DNA of 63,224 bases, the filler included, from Octopus bimaculoides (taxonomy: Eukaryota): NCBI RefSeq assembly GCF_001194135.2. It is 6 parts of 6 records of this genome, joined end to end, with 100 filler letters (N's around TTAATTAATTAA, not from the genome) between each part and the next. Parts side by side here need not be neighbours in the genome. Positions count along the whole stretch, not along the records: positions 1 to 15,441 come from NC_068996.1; 5 more parts are not named here. One strand, given 5' to 3'. Positions 1-10,877 of this stretch are shown one piece after another. A program made the translations under genes and the position numbers. The notes under the pieces were generated by a model. That model was not told the origin of the DNA and searched no databases. It saw nothing but the letters and a program-made list of their open reading frames with translations. Position 1 is the first letter of the stretch, and every line of letters begins with the position of its first letter.

Positions 1-310
1 CAACACGAAATACCTCGAGTCTTTGGTCCTCACGGCGCAGAACATTGGCAAATCTTTCCTTATCTGCTTCCCCTCTGGCTAAATAAACCTGTCGCCTAGC
101 CTCCCTTCTGGCACATTGGTACAATTCCCTGCTACCACCGTTCTTCCAGTCCTTCCAAGCTTGTTTCTTTTGTCTAATAGCCCTGTCTACCTCCTTGTTC
201 CACCACCACGTTACTCTGGGTCGGGAGGGGACCTTACACCACCCACAAATCTGGTCGGTGGCTTTCAACAGGTTGTCCCGCAGAAATCTCCAATATATAG
301 TTGTAAATGT
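1..310 (-). mobile_element. RTE-clade LINE fragment
   Basis: Clear similarity to 36200-36480 inside the decayed RTE LINE at 34560-37335. Confidence 0.7.
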
Positions 311-339
311 ATAATATATATTTATATGTATCATCCATG

Positions 340-1490
340 TGTTGGACTCTCTCTCTCTTTGCAGAATGTTGTTTATGATATCACTACAGATGGATTGTGG
401 AAAAGATCTGCAAAATGTTCTCTCCATCTATTCATTATTCCAGGAGGATTTTTAATAACCTCATTTCAATCTTTCAACTTTAAGGGAACCTATGATGATG
501 AAGATGGTGGTCCAAAAGCTTGCCGCAATAAACTATAGAAACTTTTAATGTCTTTCCTTCTTTTTAATTTGATCCGGTTTAACTGCAAAGCAAAGACTTT
601 CAAAATACTTGTTAGAGAATTACTTTATGTTGATGATGTTGATTTGTTGGCACACTCAGAGGGGGATATGCAACATTTCATGGACAGATTTTCCTCTGCA
701 TGTGTACATTTCAGACTCACAATTAGTTTGGGGAAAACCAAAGTAATGTTTACTCCCGTGCTAGAACAAACATATTCTGAACCAAACATTTTTGAGAATG
801 GAACAAGATTAGAAGTCGTTGACACCATTGTTTACCTTGGAAGCACACTGTCAAGAGATGGTAGTCTTGATGCAGAGATATACTATTGAATAGTGAAGTG
901 TTGGAAAGCTTGAAAAGCGAGTATGGGCGGATAGAGGTATTTCCCTGCAGACAAAAATCAATGTCTATAAAGTATGTGCATTGTCTGCACTTCTTTATTC
1001 AAGTGAGACTTGAAGCACTTACAAGCATCATATAAAAATGCTGGAGAGATTTCATCAAAAGTGCCTCAGACGTATCTTAGGAGTCAAGTGGGAATGTTTC
1101 ATACCAGATACAGAGGTTTTGTGTGTGGCACGTTGCAGCTCAGTTGAACAATATGTTATCTTGGCTCAAATGAGATGGACTGGACATGTTATTAGAATGA
1201 AAGACGAACGTTTGCCAAAGCGTCTTTTTTATGGTGAGCTCAACTCTGGTAAGTGACCATAACATAAGCCAAGGAAAAGGTATAAAGACTGTGTGAAGGA
1301 AAAACTGAAGAAACTAGATATGAAAGTGATTGGGGAAATGGTGTTCTAGATCGGGACAAATGGAGAGGTGATGTTAGGACTGGTTGCAATGCCTGGGATG
1401 AAAAAAATGATTCAGTACTTTGAGTTTAAAAGGGCCTGTTGCAAAGGAACAACTGGAACTGTAATCAACAGTGAACATTGGGTATGTATT
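340..1490 (+). mobile_element. Decayed RTE (BovB-like) LINE, RT domain and C-terminus
   Basis: ELLYVDDVDL..TISLGKTKVM, YLGSTLSRDGSLDAEI, LERFHQKCLRRILGVKW, QMRWTGHVIRMKDERLPKRLFYGEL; stops and frameshifts. Confidence 0.9.
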
Positions 1491-1662
1491 ATGTGACAAT
1501 TATATTTTATATATATAAAGCATAATATGTTATACATGTATGTATATATAGTTATAATTGTCCTTTTAGCAAATAAATAAATGGACATATGTCTAAAAGT
1601 TGATGAATACTACCTATTGATCCCCTCCATTTTCTTATTGCCGTATATATATATATAATATA

Positions 1663-1897
1663 CAGAATTGGCCAAAAGTCACCTGACAGTAAATCAAAAC
1701 CGTTAATTCCAAGATTGATTTATGTTTAATAACTGAATGAATTTAATAAAAGCATCTAAATATGCAACATCACGAAAATTCTTCAAACTGAAGTCTTTCT
1801 TGAGAGATATATTTTCCCATTGAAGTCAATACAGAATTACCAATACTATTTATAATAAAATTTTGATATACTGTCAGGTGGCTTCTTGCCAACCCTG
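1663..1897. mobile_element. Tc1/mariner-derived MITE
   Basis: About 30-bp imperfect TIRs (cagaattggccaaaagtcacctgacagta / tactgtcaggtggcttcttgccaaccctg) flanked by TA. Confidence 0.85.
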
Positions 1898-2556
1898 TAT
1901 ATACATGATATATATATATAACTAAATGGTTTATATATATATAAATGAAACATATTGAAAGAAAATTTAGTTAAATCCATAGATCCCCATAGCAAATTAC
2001 TCATTTTCTATAGTTGTTCTGTAAAAACTTAACTATCATTTCTATAATAGAAACATATAATAATGGTTTCAAAGTCTGACACAAGTACAGCATCTCAGGG
2101 GGAGGGGGTGAATCGGTCCCATGAACCTCAGTATTCAACTGGTACTTGTTTTATTGACTCTGATACAATCAAACCTTATGTAAAATTTCAACTTGGAGTG
2201 TAAAGACGGACAAAAGGCTGTCAAGCATTTTGCCCAGTGTGATAACAATTCTGCCAACTCGCTGTCTGATGCAAACATAAGGTGGTGCCCCATCATGGCC
2301 ATAGTGTAATGACTGAAACAAGTAAAAGCATCATATAACAATGGTTTCAAATTTTGGCACAAGTTTTCGTGGAGGGGTTAAAGAAATTACATTGACACCA
2401 TTGTTCTACTGGTACTTATTTCACTGACCCCATAAGAATGAAAGGTAAAGTCAGCAGAATTTGAACTCAGAACATAAGATGGACAACATTCCACTAAGCA
2501 TTTCACCCAGCGTGCTAACGTTTCTGTCAGCTCGCTGCTTTATGCAAACATTATTC

Positions 2557-2592
2557 CTTTCTGTTGAAGGGCGTAAGCCCAAAATGTAAAAG
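2557..2592 (+). ncRNA. Degenerate minimal type I hammerhead ribozyme relic (family 2)
   Basis: CTTT-CTGTTGA-A-GGGC(GTAA)GCCC-AAAAT-GTA-AAAG. Stems I and II are intact. The core carries three substitutions, two explainable as CpG decay. Confidence 0.5.
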
Positions 2593-2653
2593 ACTTTCTC
2601 ACTTTACATTATTTACATTTGATGGATCTTTGGCCCTCATCTTGTTTGTTGTT

Positions 2654-2699
2654 AACACAACGTTTCAGCTGATATACCTTCCAGCCTTCATCAGGTGTC
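2654..2699 (-). ncRNA. Minimal type I hammerhead ribozyme motif (family 1), core intact
   Basis: GACAC-CTGATGA-A-GGCTG(loop)CAGCT-GAA-ACGT-T-GTGTT. Stem III is reduced to the palindrome ACGT; G10.1-U11.1 wobble. Confidence 0.75.
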
Positions 2700-2871
2700 T
2701 TGGGGAAATTTCGAACCTGGGTTCTCATTCCTAACGTATATGGCATAGTGGTTAAGAGCACAAGCTACTAACTCCAAAATTCTGAGTTCGACTGCAGGCA
2801 GTGACCTGAATAATAATAATAACATCAAAAAATACGTTAAGAATGAGAACCCAGGTTCGAAATTTTCCCAA

Positions 2872-2917
2872 GACACCTGATGAAGGCTGGAGGGTATATC
2901 AGCCAAAACGTTGTGTT
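2872..2917 (+). ncRNA. Hammerhead motif (family 1), G12A-mutated copy
   Basis: GACAC-CTGATGA-A-GGCTG..CAGCC-AAAACGTT-GTGTT; GAAA has become AAAA at 2905. Confidence 0.6.
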
Positions 2918-2959
2918 AACAACAAACAAGATGAGGACAAACATCTGTCAATTGTAAAT

Positions 2960-4157
2960 CATCATCATTGTTTGACGTCCGCTTTCCATGCTAGCATGGG
3001 TTGGACGATTTGACTGGGGACTGGTGCAACCGGATGGCTACACCAGGCTCCAATCTAATTTGGCAGAGTTTCTACAGCTGGATGCCCTTCCTAACGCCAA
3101 CCACTCAGAGAGTGTAGTGGGTGCTTTTACGTGTCACCCGCACGAAAACAGCCNNNNNNNNNNNNNNNNNNNNNNNNNNNNNNNNNNNNNNNNNNNNNNN
3201 NNNNNNNNNNNNNNNNNNNNNNNNNNNNNNNNNNNNNNNNNNNNNNNNNNNNNNNNNNNNNNNNNNNNNNNNNNNNNNNNNNNNNNNNNNNNNNNNNNNN
3301 NNNNNNNNNNNNNNNNNNNNNNNNNNNNNNNNNNNNNNNNNNNNNNNNNNNNNNNNNNNNNNNNNNNNNNNNNNNNNNNNNNNNNNNNNNNNNNNNNNNN
3401 NNNNNNNNNNNNNNNNNNNNNNNNNNNNNNNNNNNNNNNNNNNNNNNNNNNNNNNNNNNNNNNNNNNNNNNNNNNNNNNNNNNNNNNNNNNNNNNNNNNN
3501 NNNNNNNNNNNNNNNNNNNNNNNNNNNNNNNNNNNNNNNNNNNNNNNNNNNNNNNNNNNNNNNNNNNNNNNNNNNNNNNNNNNNNNNNNNNNNNNNNNNN
3601 NNNNNNNNNNNNNNNNNNNNNNNNNNNNNNNNNNNNNNNNNNNNNNNNNNNNNNNNNNNNNNNNNNNNNNNNNNNNNNNNNNNNNNNNGCTTTTCTCTCA
3701 AGATACTTACACTCTGACGGGTATTCACATTGACATTACACATCCAACGGAGCATACTGGCTTCATTCCTTGTGAGCTTACGCATGTCCTCAGCAGTCAC
3801 AACCCATGTTTCACTGCCATGTAGCATGGCTGTTCGTACACATGCATCATACAGTCTGCCTTTTACTCTGAGCGAGAGTCTCTTTGTCACCAGCAGAGGT
3901 AAGAGCTCTCTAAACTTGGCCCAAGCTATTCTTATTCTAGCAGTTACACTTTCAGCACACCCACCCCCACTACTAACTTGGTCACCCAAATAGCGGAAGC
4001 TATCGACTACCTCTAGTTTTTCTCCCTGGAATGTGACAGAAGTTGTTTCCTGTTTGTTCACAGTGTTTATTGCACCTGAACATCTGCCACATACAAAGAC
4101 TAACTTGCTAGTTAACCTGCCTTTGATATTGCTGCACCTCTTATGTGTCCATAGCTT
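2960..4157 (-). mobile_element. 5'-truncated RTE LINE (C-terminal ORF + 3' UTR with (GAT)n tail), gap inside
   Basis: LEVVDSFRYLGDQVSSGGGCAESVTARIRIAWAKFRELLPLL..KGRLYDACVRTAMLHGSETW; 3' UTR shared with 34560-34930. Confidence 0.9.
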
Positions 4158-4414
4158 GCACCGGGTACATAATGTAAATAATTTCTCATCTCTTAAGTAT
4201 AGAACTTTCTCACTTTCCCGAGTGTTAAAGTAATACACCTGCTTGTTGTTTATACACCTGTCATCGTCTTTTGTTTTTCTGTAAATTTCAACTATATACA
4301 CATACATACATATATACTATATGTTCAAAACTGAAGCCATATCTTATACTAAGTCCTATCGCCTGCAATTTTCCAACAAAATTTTGTGTATATATGTATA
4401 TATGTACGTACATA

Positions 4415-4600
4415 CATACAAGGTGTTCAAAAGTTCCTGGTTTGGGTAAAAGTAAATACAGGAGGATCAGTTATTATTTTATTCAATATATACCCCTAAC
4501 AGATCCACACATTTATTGCAGTGTGTCCTTCAGATTCAAGCCCTGTAAAAGGACTTGAAAGGTTGGGCCTCCAACCAGGACTTTCATGACACCCTTAAAA
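4415..4600. mobile_element. Mariner-like terminal remnant
   Basis: TA-CAAGGTGTTCAAAAGTTCC terminus of mariner style. Confidence 0.4.
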
Positions 4601-4626
4601 GCTAGGAACATTTTATATATATATAA

Positions 4627-4853
4627 TAATTACTTATTGGTACATTGTACTTTGTTATGCAACCATAATATACTATAAAGTATATTAAACACTTTATAAG
4701 TCAATACTGTGTTCTACTGTATTAGCAGTGCTTAACAGGTGATGTAATAGCACTGCTAACACAGTAGAACACAGTATTGCCTCATAAAGTGTTTCATATA
4801 CTTTATAGTATATTATGGTTGCATAAAAAATACAATGTACCTATAAGTAATTA
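4627..4853. repeat. Fold-back palindrome (about 105-bp arms)
   Basis: taattacttattggtacattgta...gcagtgct / agcactgc...tacaatgtacctataagtaatta. Confidence 0.9.
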
Positions 4854-6011
4854 CTGTATTTTAATGTGTATAAGGAACCCCCAAATTTTGGGGGTTTAAA
4901 ATTTGAGAAAAAGGTTTTGTAAGGGATTATAATGCTACCAATATATAAGAAACACCCATATTTTTTAACCTAATTTTTGACAAAAAAGGGTTTCTTATAC
5001 ACGTTAAAATATGGTAATATGTATGTGCCAGATGCTAGGAATGTGTTTAATATGTAAAATTGGTTTATCCAATAATGTTACACCATTGTGTGTGATGGCT
5101 ATTTAAGCAATGTGTTCATAGATGAAAGAACTCCTTAAATATGGCATATACACCCATTACCTATTTCTTCATGCTTGATCTCATTTTTGTTTACATCGTG
5201 ACAAATCAGTGCTGGGTATAATTTCTACAGAAAACTGAAGTTTTATATATGTATCTTTTATCTCTTGTTTCAGTCATTACACTGTGGCCATGCTGGGGCA
5301 GTGCCTAGAAGAATTTTTAGTTGAATCAATTGAGCCCAGTACTTATGTTTTTCTTTTTAAAGCCTTGTTCTGCTGAACTGTTAAATAATGGGGAGAGGGG
5401 TGCATAAAAACACCAACACCAGTTGTCAGGCGGTGTGGGGGACAAACACAGATATATGATGGGCTTCTTTCAGTTTCCATTTACCAAATCCACTCAAAGC
5501 TCTGGTTGGCCTGAGGCTATAGTAGAAGACACTAGCCAAGATACCATGGTGTGGGACTGAACCTGAAACTTACATATATGTATATGAAACGAATGGTGAT
5601 TAATAAAAATTCTTGTATCTTCTATCTTACATTTACTATATATATATATTCTTTTATTCTTTCAGTCATTTGACTGTGGCTATGCTGGAGCACTGCCTTT
5701 TAGTCAAAAAAATCAATCCCACAACTTATTCTTTGTAAGCCTAGTATTTATTCTATCGGTCTCTTTTGCTGAACTGCTAAGTTATGGAGACGTAACCACA
5801 CTAACATCAGCTGTCTAGTGATGGTGGAGGGACAAACACAGCCACACAAACATATACATATGTATATATATATACATGGCAGGGTTCTTTCAGTTTCCAT
5901 CCACCAAATCCACTCACACAACTTTGGTCAGCCCAAGGCTATAGTAGAAGACACTGAACCCAGAACCATTTGGTTGGGAAGTAAGCTTCGTACCACATAG
6001 CCACTCCTGCA

Positions 6012-6046
<35 letters not shown>

Positions 6047-6386
6047 NNNNNNNNNNNNNNNNNNNNNNNNNNNNNNNNNNNNNNNNNNNNNNNNNNNNNN
6101 NNNNNNNNNNNNNNNNNNNNNNNNNNNNNNNNNNNNNNNNNNNNNNNNNNNNNNNNNNNNNNNNNNNNNNNNNNNNNNNNNNNNNNNNNNNNNNNNNNNN
6201 NNNNNNNNNNNNNNNNNNNNNNNNNNNNNNNNNNNNNNNNNNNNNNNNNNNNNNNNNNNNNNNNNNNNNNNNNNNNNNNNNNNNNNNNNNNNNNNNNNNN
6301 NNNNNNNNNNNNNNNNNNNNNNNNNNNNNNNNNNNNNNNNNNNNNNNNNNNNNNNNNNNNNNNNNNNNNNNNNNNNNNNNNNNNNN

Positions 6387-6695
6387 ATCTGTTTCAATTA
6401 ATACTCAATAATTTAATTATAAATCTGTACATTAAATTTACATTTATGTGACATGAGTATAATTACCATCAGATCAAAAAAAGATATACCTTGAGATGTT
6501 ATATGCAGACCTACCAATTCATTTCAGCAGACGAAATATTACAGTTTAATCTGCTGAAATGAATTGATAGGTCTACATATAACATCCTAAGGTACATCGT
6601 TTTTTGCCTCTGATAAAATTATGCTTATGTCACATAAATGTAAATTTAATATACAGATTTTATAATTAAATTATTGAGTATTAATTGAAACAGAT
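6387..6695. repeat. Fold-back palindrome (about 145-bp arms)
   Basis: atctgtttcaattaatactcaataattt...cagcaga / tctgctg...aaattattgagtattaattgaaacagat. Confidence 0.9.
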
Positions 6696-6799
6696 GTAAG
6701 AAGTGAAGATGACCAATTTGTTAACAATAAATATGTTAACTTCCTAATCTCCATTTTCTTTTCTTCTTTTAAATGGATATAAACAATACACACACACAC

Positions 6800-7400
6800 A
6801 GGGTGTGATGGGTAAATTGTTGCCATTTGATATTCTTAATTTCGTGCATTATGTGTTTTTGATTTTGTCAACTACACAGTATAGTAGGGTCAGTTAGGCA
6901 CCATCTGTGAGAAAAAGAGCACCATGACATAATTCACTCTGCCAGAAATTTGGAAATGACATGCTGTACTGCTTGGCATTCATGCTGGAAGCACCAATTC
7001 AAAGATTTCAGAGTGTTTTGGATGTCATTCTAAGGACACGTACTGAGAGTGATAAAGATCAAACATCCAGCCAACATCAGGGTGTTTGGAGGGATCACTA
7101 GTGATGGCAACGTTATGCCTCCATTCATCTTCCCACATGGCCTCACACTCAACACAGAGGCCTACATCAAGTGCCTGGANNNNNNNNNNATATAGATACA
7201 TACACATATAATACATACATATATAATGTTATCATCATGATGATCATCATCATCGTTTAACGTTCGCTTACCATGTTTGCATGGGTTGGACGGGTGACTG
7301 AGGACTGGTGAACCAGGGGACTGCACCATGCTCCAAGGTTTCTACAGCTGGATGCCCTTCCTAAAGCCAACTACTCAGAGAGTGTAGAGGATGCTTTTTA

Positions 7401-7441
<41 letters not shown>

Positions 7442-7567
7442 NNNNNNNNNNTATTTCAAGATATTTTTATGTAATTTTGGTAAATACATTTGTTAAAATG
7501 AAATGTCAGTGTTATTTTCATTTTTGCCTAATTTAGACAACAGTTTAATCACCGCACGCACCCTGTA
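6800..7567 (+). mobile_element. Tc1/mariner remnant split by gaps
   Basis: Begins CAGGGTGTGATGGGTAAA and ends ...GCACCCTG-TA; decayed transposase-like interior. Confidence 0.55.
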
Positions 7568-7783
7568 TATATATATAGATACATACACATATAATACATA
7601 CATATATAATGTTATCATCATGATGATCATCATCATCGTTTAACGTTCGCTTACCATGTTTGCATGGGTTGGACGGGTGACTGAGGACTGGTGAACCAGG
7701 GGACTGCACCATGCTCCAAGGTTTCTACAGCTGGATGCCCTTCCTAAAGCCAACTACTCAGAGAGTGTAGAGGATGCTTTTTA

Positions 7784-7838
<55 letters not shown>

Positions 7839-7878
7839 ATATATATATACATAATGTTATATATATATATATATACGT

Positions 7879-7910
<32 letters not shown>

Positions 7911-7988
7911 TATATAATGTTATATATATATATAAACAATTGCAGCATAGAAGATGTTTGTAAGCCATTTAAGAACACACAAAAAAAA

Positions 7989-8167
7989 CCGTTAGATTCA
8001 CTTCAACGTTTAAATTTAATTTGTGTCAAAATACTTTTGTTGCTTGGAAATCGCGACCTGTTCATTGACTGGTCATGCTGCATTGTTAATGAACAGGTCG
8101 CAGTTTCAAAGCGACAAAAATATTTTGATGCACTAATTAAATTTAAATGTCGGTGTGAATCTAACGG
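7989..8167. repeat. Fold-back palindrome (about 80-bp arms)
   Basis: ccgttagattcac...gcgacctgttcatt / aatgaacaggtcgc...gtgaatctaacgg. Confidence 0.9.
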
Positions 8168-8276
8168 TGAATCTCTCTCCCTCTCTCTCTATATATATAA
8201 TGTTATATTCTTCTAATATAAGGAGAAAATTTTATCACTGGCCTGCATATGAAAAATACCTTTGAAGGCGAAAATT

Positions 8277-8859
8277 ATAAATACAATTATAAATAAGGGC
8301 AAAAAGAAAAACATTTCTTTGCTAATATGCTGAGAAATAGATGCTAAATCATCTAACCACATAAAATATTTTCACTTATATTTTATGTGGTTAGACAATT
8401 TTTCTTTGTTTTTCCTGCCTTTAACCCTCCAACGCAGAGTGTAGGCCACTTATAATTGAATTCCATGTTGCATAATTTCTCACTTCTGTACTTATACTCT
8501 GCCATGAATGTCCTCCTTTCTTTAGTTCCTTTTGTGTTGATCTACACCACATGTTCTTAGGCCTACCTTTCTTTCTATATCCATCCGGATTCCACTGTAA
8601 AGCACTTTTCGCTGCATTTGGTGTGTCCTTTCTAATTGTGCTACCAATCCACTTCCACTTTCTCTTAAATACTTGTTCTCTAATCGGAACTTGATTTGTT
8701 CTTTGCCATAGCTCCATATTGCTTATGTGTTCAGGTCATCTGATTTTAAGTATACTACGCAAGCACCTGTTGATGAATGATTAGACAATTTAGTGTCTGT
8801 TTCTCAGCATATTAGCAAAGAAATGTTTTTCTTTTTGCCTTTATTTATAATTATATTTG

Positions 8860-8860
<1 letters not shown>
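8277..8860. repeat. Fold-back element interrupted by an RTE fragment
   Basis: Inverted arms ...ggcaaaaagaaaaacatttctttgctaatatgctgagaaa / tttctcagcatattagcaaagaaatgtttttctttttgcc. Confidence 0.8.
8402..8780 (-). mobile_element. 5'-truncated RTE LINE 3' end with 11-bp TSD
   Basis: RKWKWIGSTIRK..ALQWNPDGYRKKGRPK; TSD ttagacaattt at 8391-8401 and 8781-8791. Confidence 0.85.
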
Positions 8861-8900
<40 letters not shown>

Positions 8901-9033
8901 TGCACACATATATATGTTATATATAACATATAATTTATATATAAGAGAGACAGAGAGTGACATGGTTAGTCAGAGATGTATATAATTAAATTTATATGGT
9001 TTGAAATATATATATATATATATACACACACAC

Positions 9034-9085
<52 letters not shown>

Positions 9086-9155
9086 AAGAGAGAGAAAGAG
9101 AGAGAGAGGGACAGACAAAGATGTGTATAATTAAATTTATACGGTTTGATATATA

Positions 9156-10398
9156 TACAGGTAGGAGAAGCAAACTATAGAATTTTTTGTTAACCCTTTT
9201 TATGTAGCATTGGTCTATTATAACAAACTTTTTTCTTTTCTTCAGCATTAGGTCTCATAGTAACAATTTCATTTGCTTTTTTGTGTACAAGTCCAACCAT
9301 ATCACCTCAAGAAGCAAAAAGACAACGCATTGCTGATTTACTCCATGCAGGAATCAAGCAAATCCTGGAGTTGGTTAATGTGTCATTAAGCATAGTTTAC
9401 AATGTCAAGAATTGTTTAGATAACATCAGAAGCATTCAGTGGAAGCAAGGCACTAGAACAACCAATACAAAGCAATATCCAGCATTCCTGAAGGCCCTCA
9501 AATCTAAAATTTGGAAGGATCCAACCACATCCACAAGGAAGCTGGCAGTTAACATGAAAGTTGATGACAAGACTAAGAAATGTTGCTCTCTATGATTTAG
9601 GCCTGTAATCCTTTACTTGATCTCCAAGACATCTCCTGACTGATGCAATGAAAGCCAGGAAGTTTGAAAGGGCAAAAAAGTGTTGTCCTTTCTTAAGAGG
9701 TCTGAATCCACTGTGGAAATATTTTCTGACGAGAAAATCTTCACTGTGGATGCTGTTGTGAACAGGTGAAATGGTCAGTTTATTGCTGAATCACCATCTC
9801 AAATCAAGGATGTCTTCAGAACAAAGTATTCTGCTCAGGTGAAGGTTTTGGGAGTTGTGGCATCAGATGGTAAAAAAAAATGGCCCTATATTTTTTTCAA
9901 ATCAGGTGAAAGAATCAGTGCTGATGTCTATTACAAAGTGTTAAGATAGCATGTCCTGTTTTGGCTTAAGGCTAATTATGTGTAGACTCAGGATGGAGCA
10001 CCTGCTCATACAGCGAAAGAAGGGCAAAAATTTTGCAAGGACAATTTTGCTGAATTTTGACCCTCCTTCTCCCGCCCAGATTTGAATCTGCTTCACGATT
10101 CTATTTGGGGTACTTTAAAGCAACAGAGTTTTTCATCCTAGCACTGAACACCTCAAGCAGGTTTTGAAGGAGTAATGGGCCAAATTGTCTTAACATTTTA
10201 TTATAAAGACCTGTGGAGCTTTTGGATACCGTATCCAATTGGTGACCAACAATAATGGTGGACACACAGAGTAGAATCTCTGTTATTGGCAGTAATAACT
10301 TGTGGGTAAGTAATTTTGCTATACATTGACTCTTCCATGTACAATAAAATATTTTCAAATTGTGTTTAGCTTTTCAAAGTTTTGCTTCCCCATCCTAT
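9156..10398 (+). mobile_element. Full-length decayed Tc1/mariner-superfamily transposon (maT/DD37D-like)
   Basis: TIRs cagg.agg.gaagcaaa; transposase remnants IFSDEKIFTVDAVVNR, QDGAPAHTAK, PDLNLLHDSIWG, NNNGGHTE*; many stops. Confidence 0.85.
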
Positions 10399-10877
10399 AA
10401 TGATATATATACATACACACACATACATATAGAATTAAATTTGTTTTGCGACATCTATATATATATATATATATATATNNNNNNNNNNNNNNNNNNNNNN
10501 NNNNNNNNNNNNNNNNNNNNNNNNNNNNNNNNNNNNNNNNNNNNNNNNNNNNNNNNNNNNNNNNNNNNNNNNNNNNNNNNNNNNNNNNNNNNNNNNNNNN
10601 NNNNNNNNNNNNNNNNNNNNNNNNNNNNNNNNNNNNNNNNNNNNNNNNNNNNNNNNNNNNNNNNNNNNNNNNNNNNNNNNNNNNNNNNNNNNNNNNNNNN
10701 NNNNACAAACATTTAATGTTCTGGATTCATTTGTAAGTTCTTTTGTAAATATTTAAGTAGTTGAATATTCGAGAGAGAGAGAGTGAGAGAAACTTGTTGC
10801 CTAACAGAAAATGTTGGCTTCAAAATTTTTAAGTCCATCTTGGTGTAAACCTACAGAATGAGCATTTTAATAATAAT

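Larger units (their letters stand above)
2606..4203 (+). mobile_element. Penelope-like-tailed element: inverted arm + tRNA-like head + (AAT)n + arm, interrupted by an RTE LINE
   Basis: Inverted arms 2606-2739 and 2832-2959. The right arm resumes at about 4158-4203 after the LINE. 13-bp direct repeat actttctcacttt at 2593-2605 and 4204-4216. A box TGGCATAGTGG 2741-2751, B box GAGTTCGACT 2784-2793. Confidence 0.75.

Noticed and set aside
116-538. 140-aa plus-strand ORF
   Set aside because: Spans the antisense of one RTE fragment and the decayed start of another; no coherent protein.
2741-2800. tRNA gene (also SINE heads at 24210, 42420 and 47860)
   Set aside because: A and B boxes are present, but I found no complete cloverleaf or acceptor stem; these are SINE heads.
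7191-7830. Apparently identical about 250-bp direct duplication (7191-7441 and about 7574-7830)
   Set aside because: Zero visible mismatches and bounded by 10-N gaps; most likely contig-overlap artefact.
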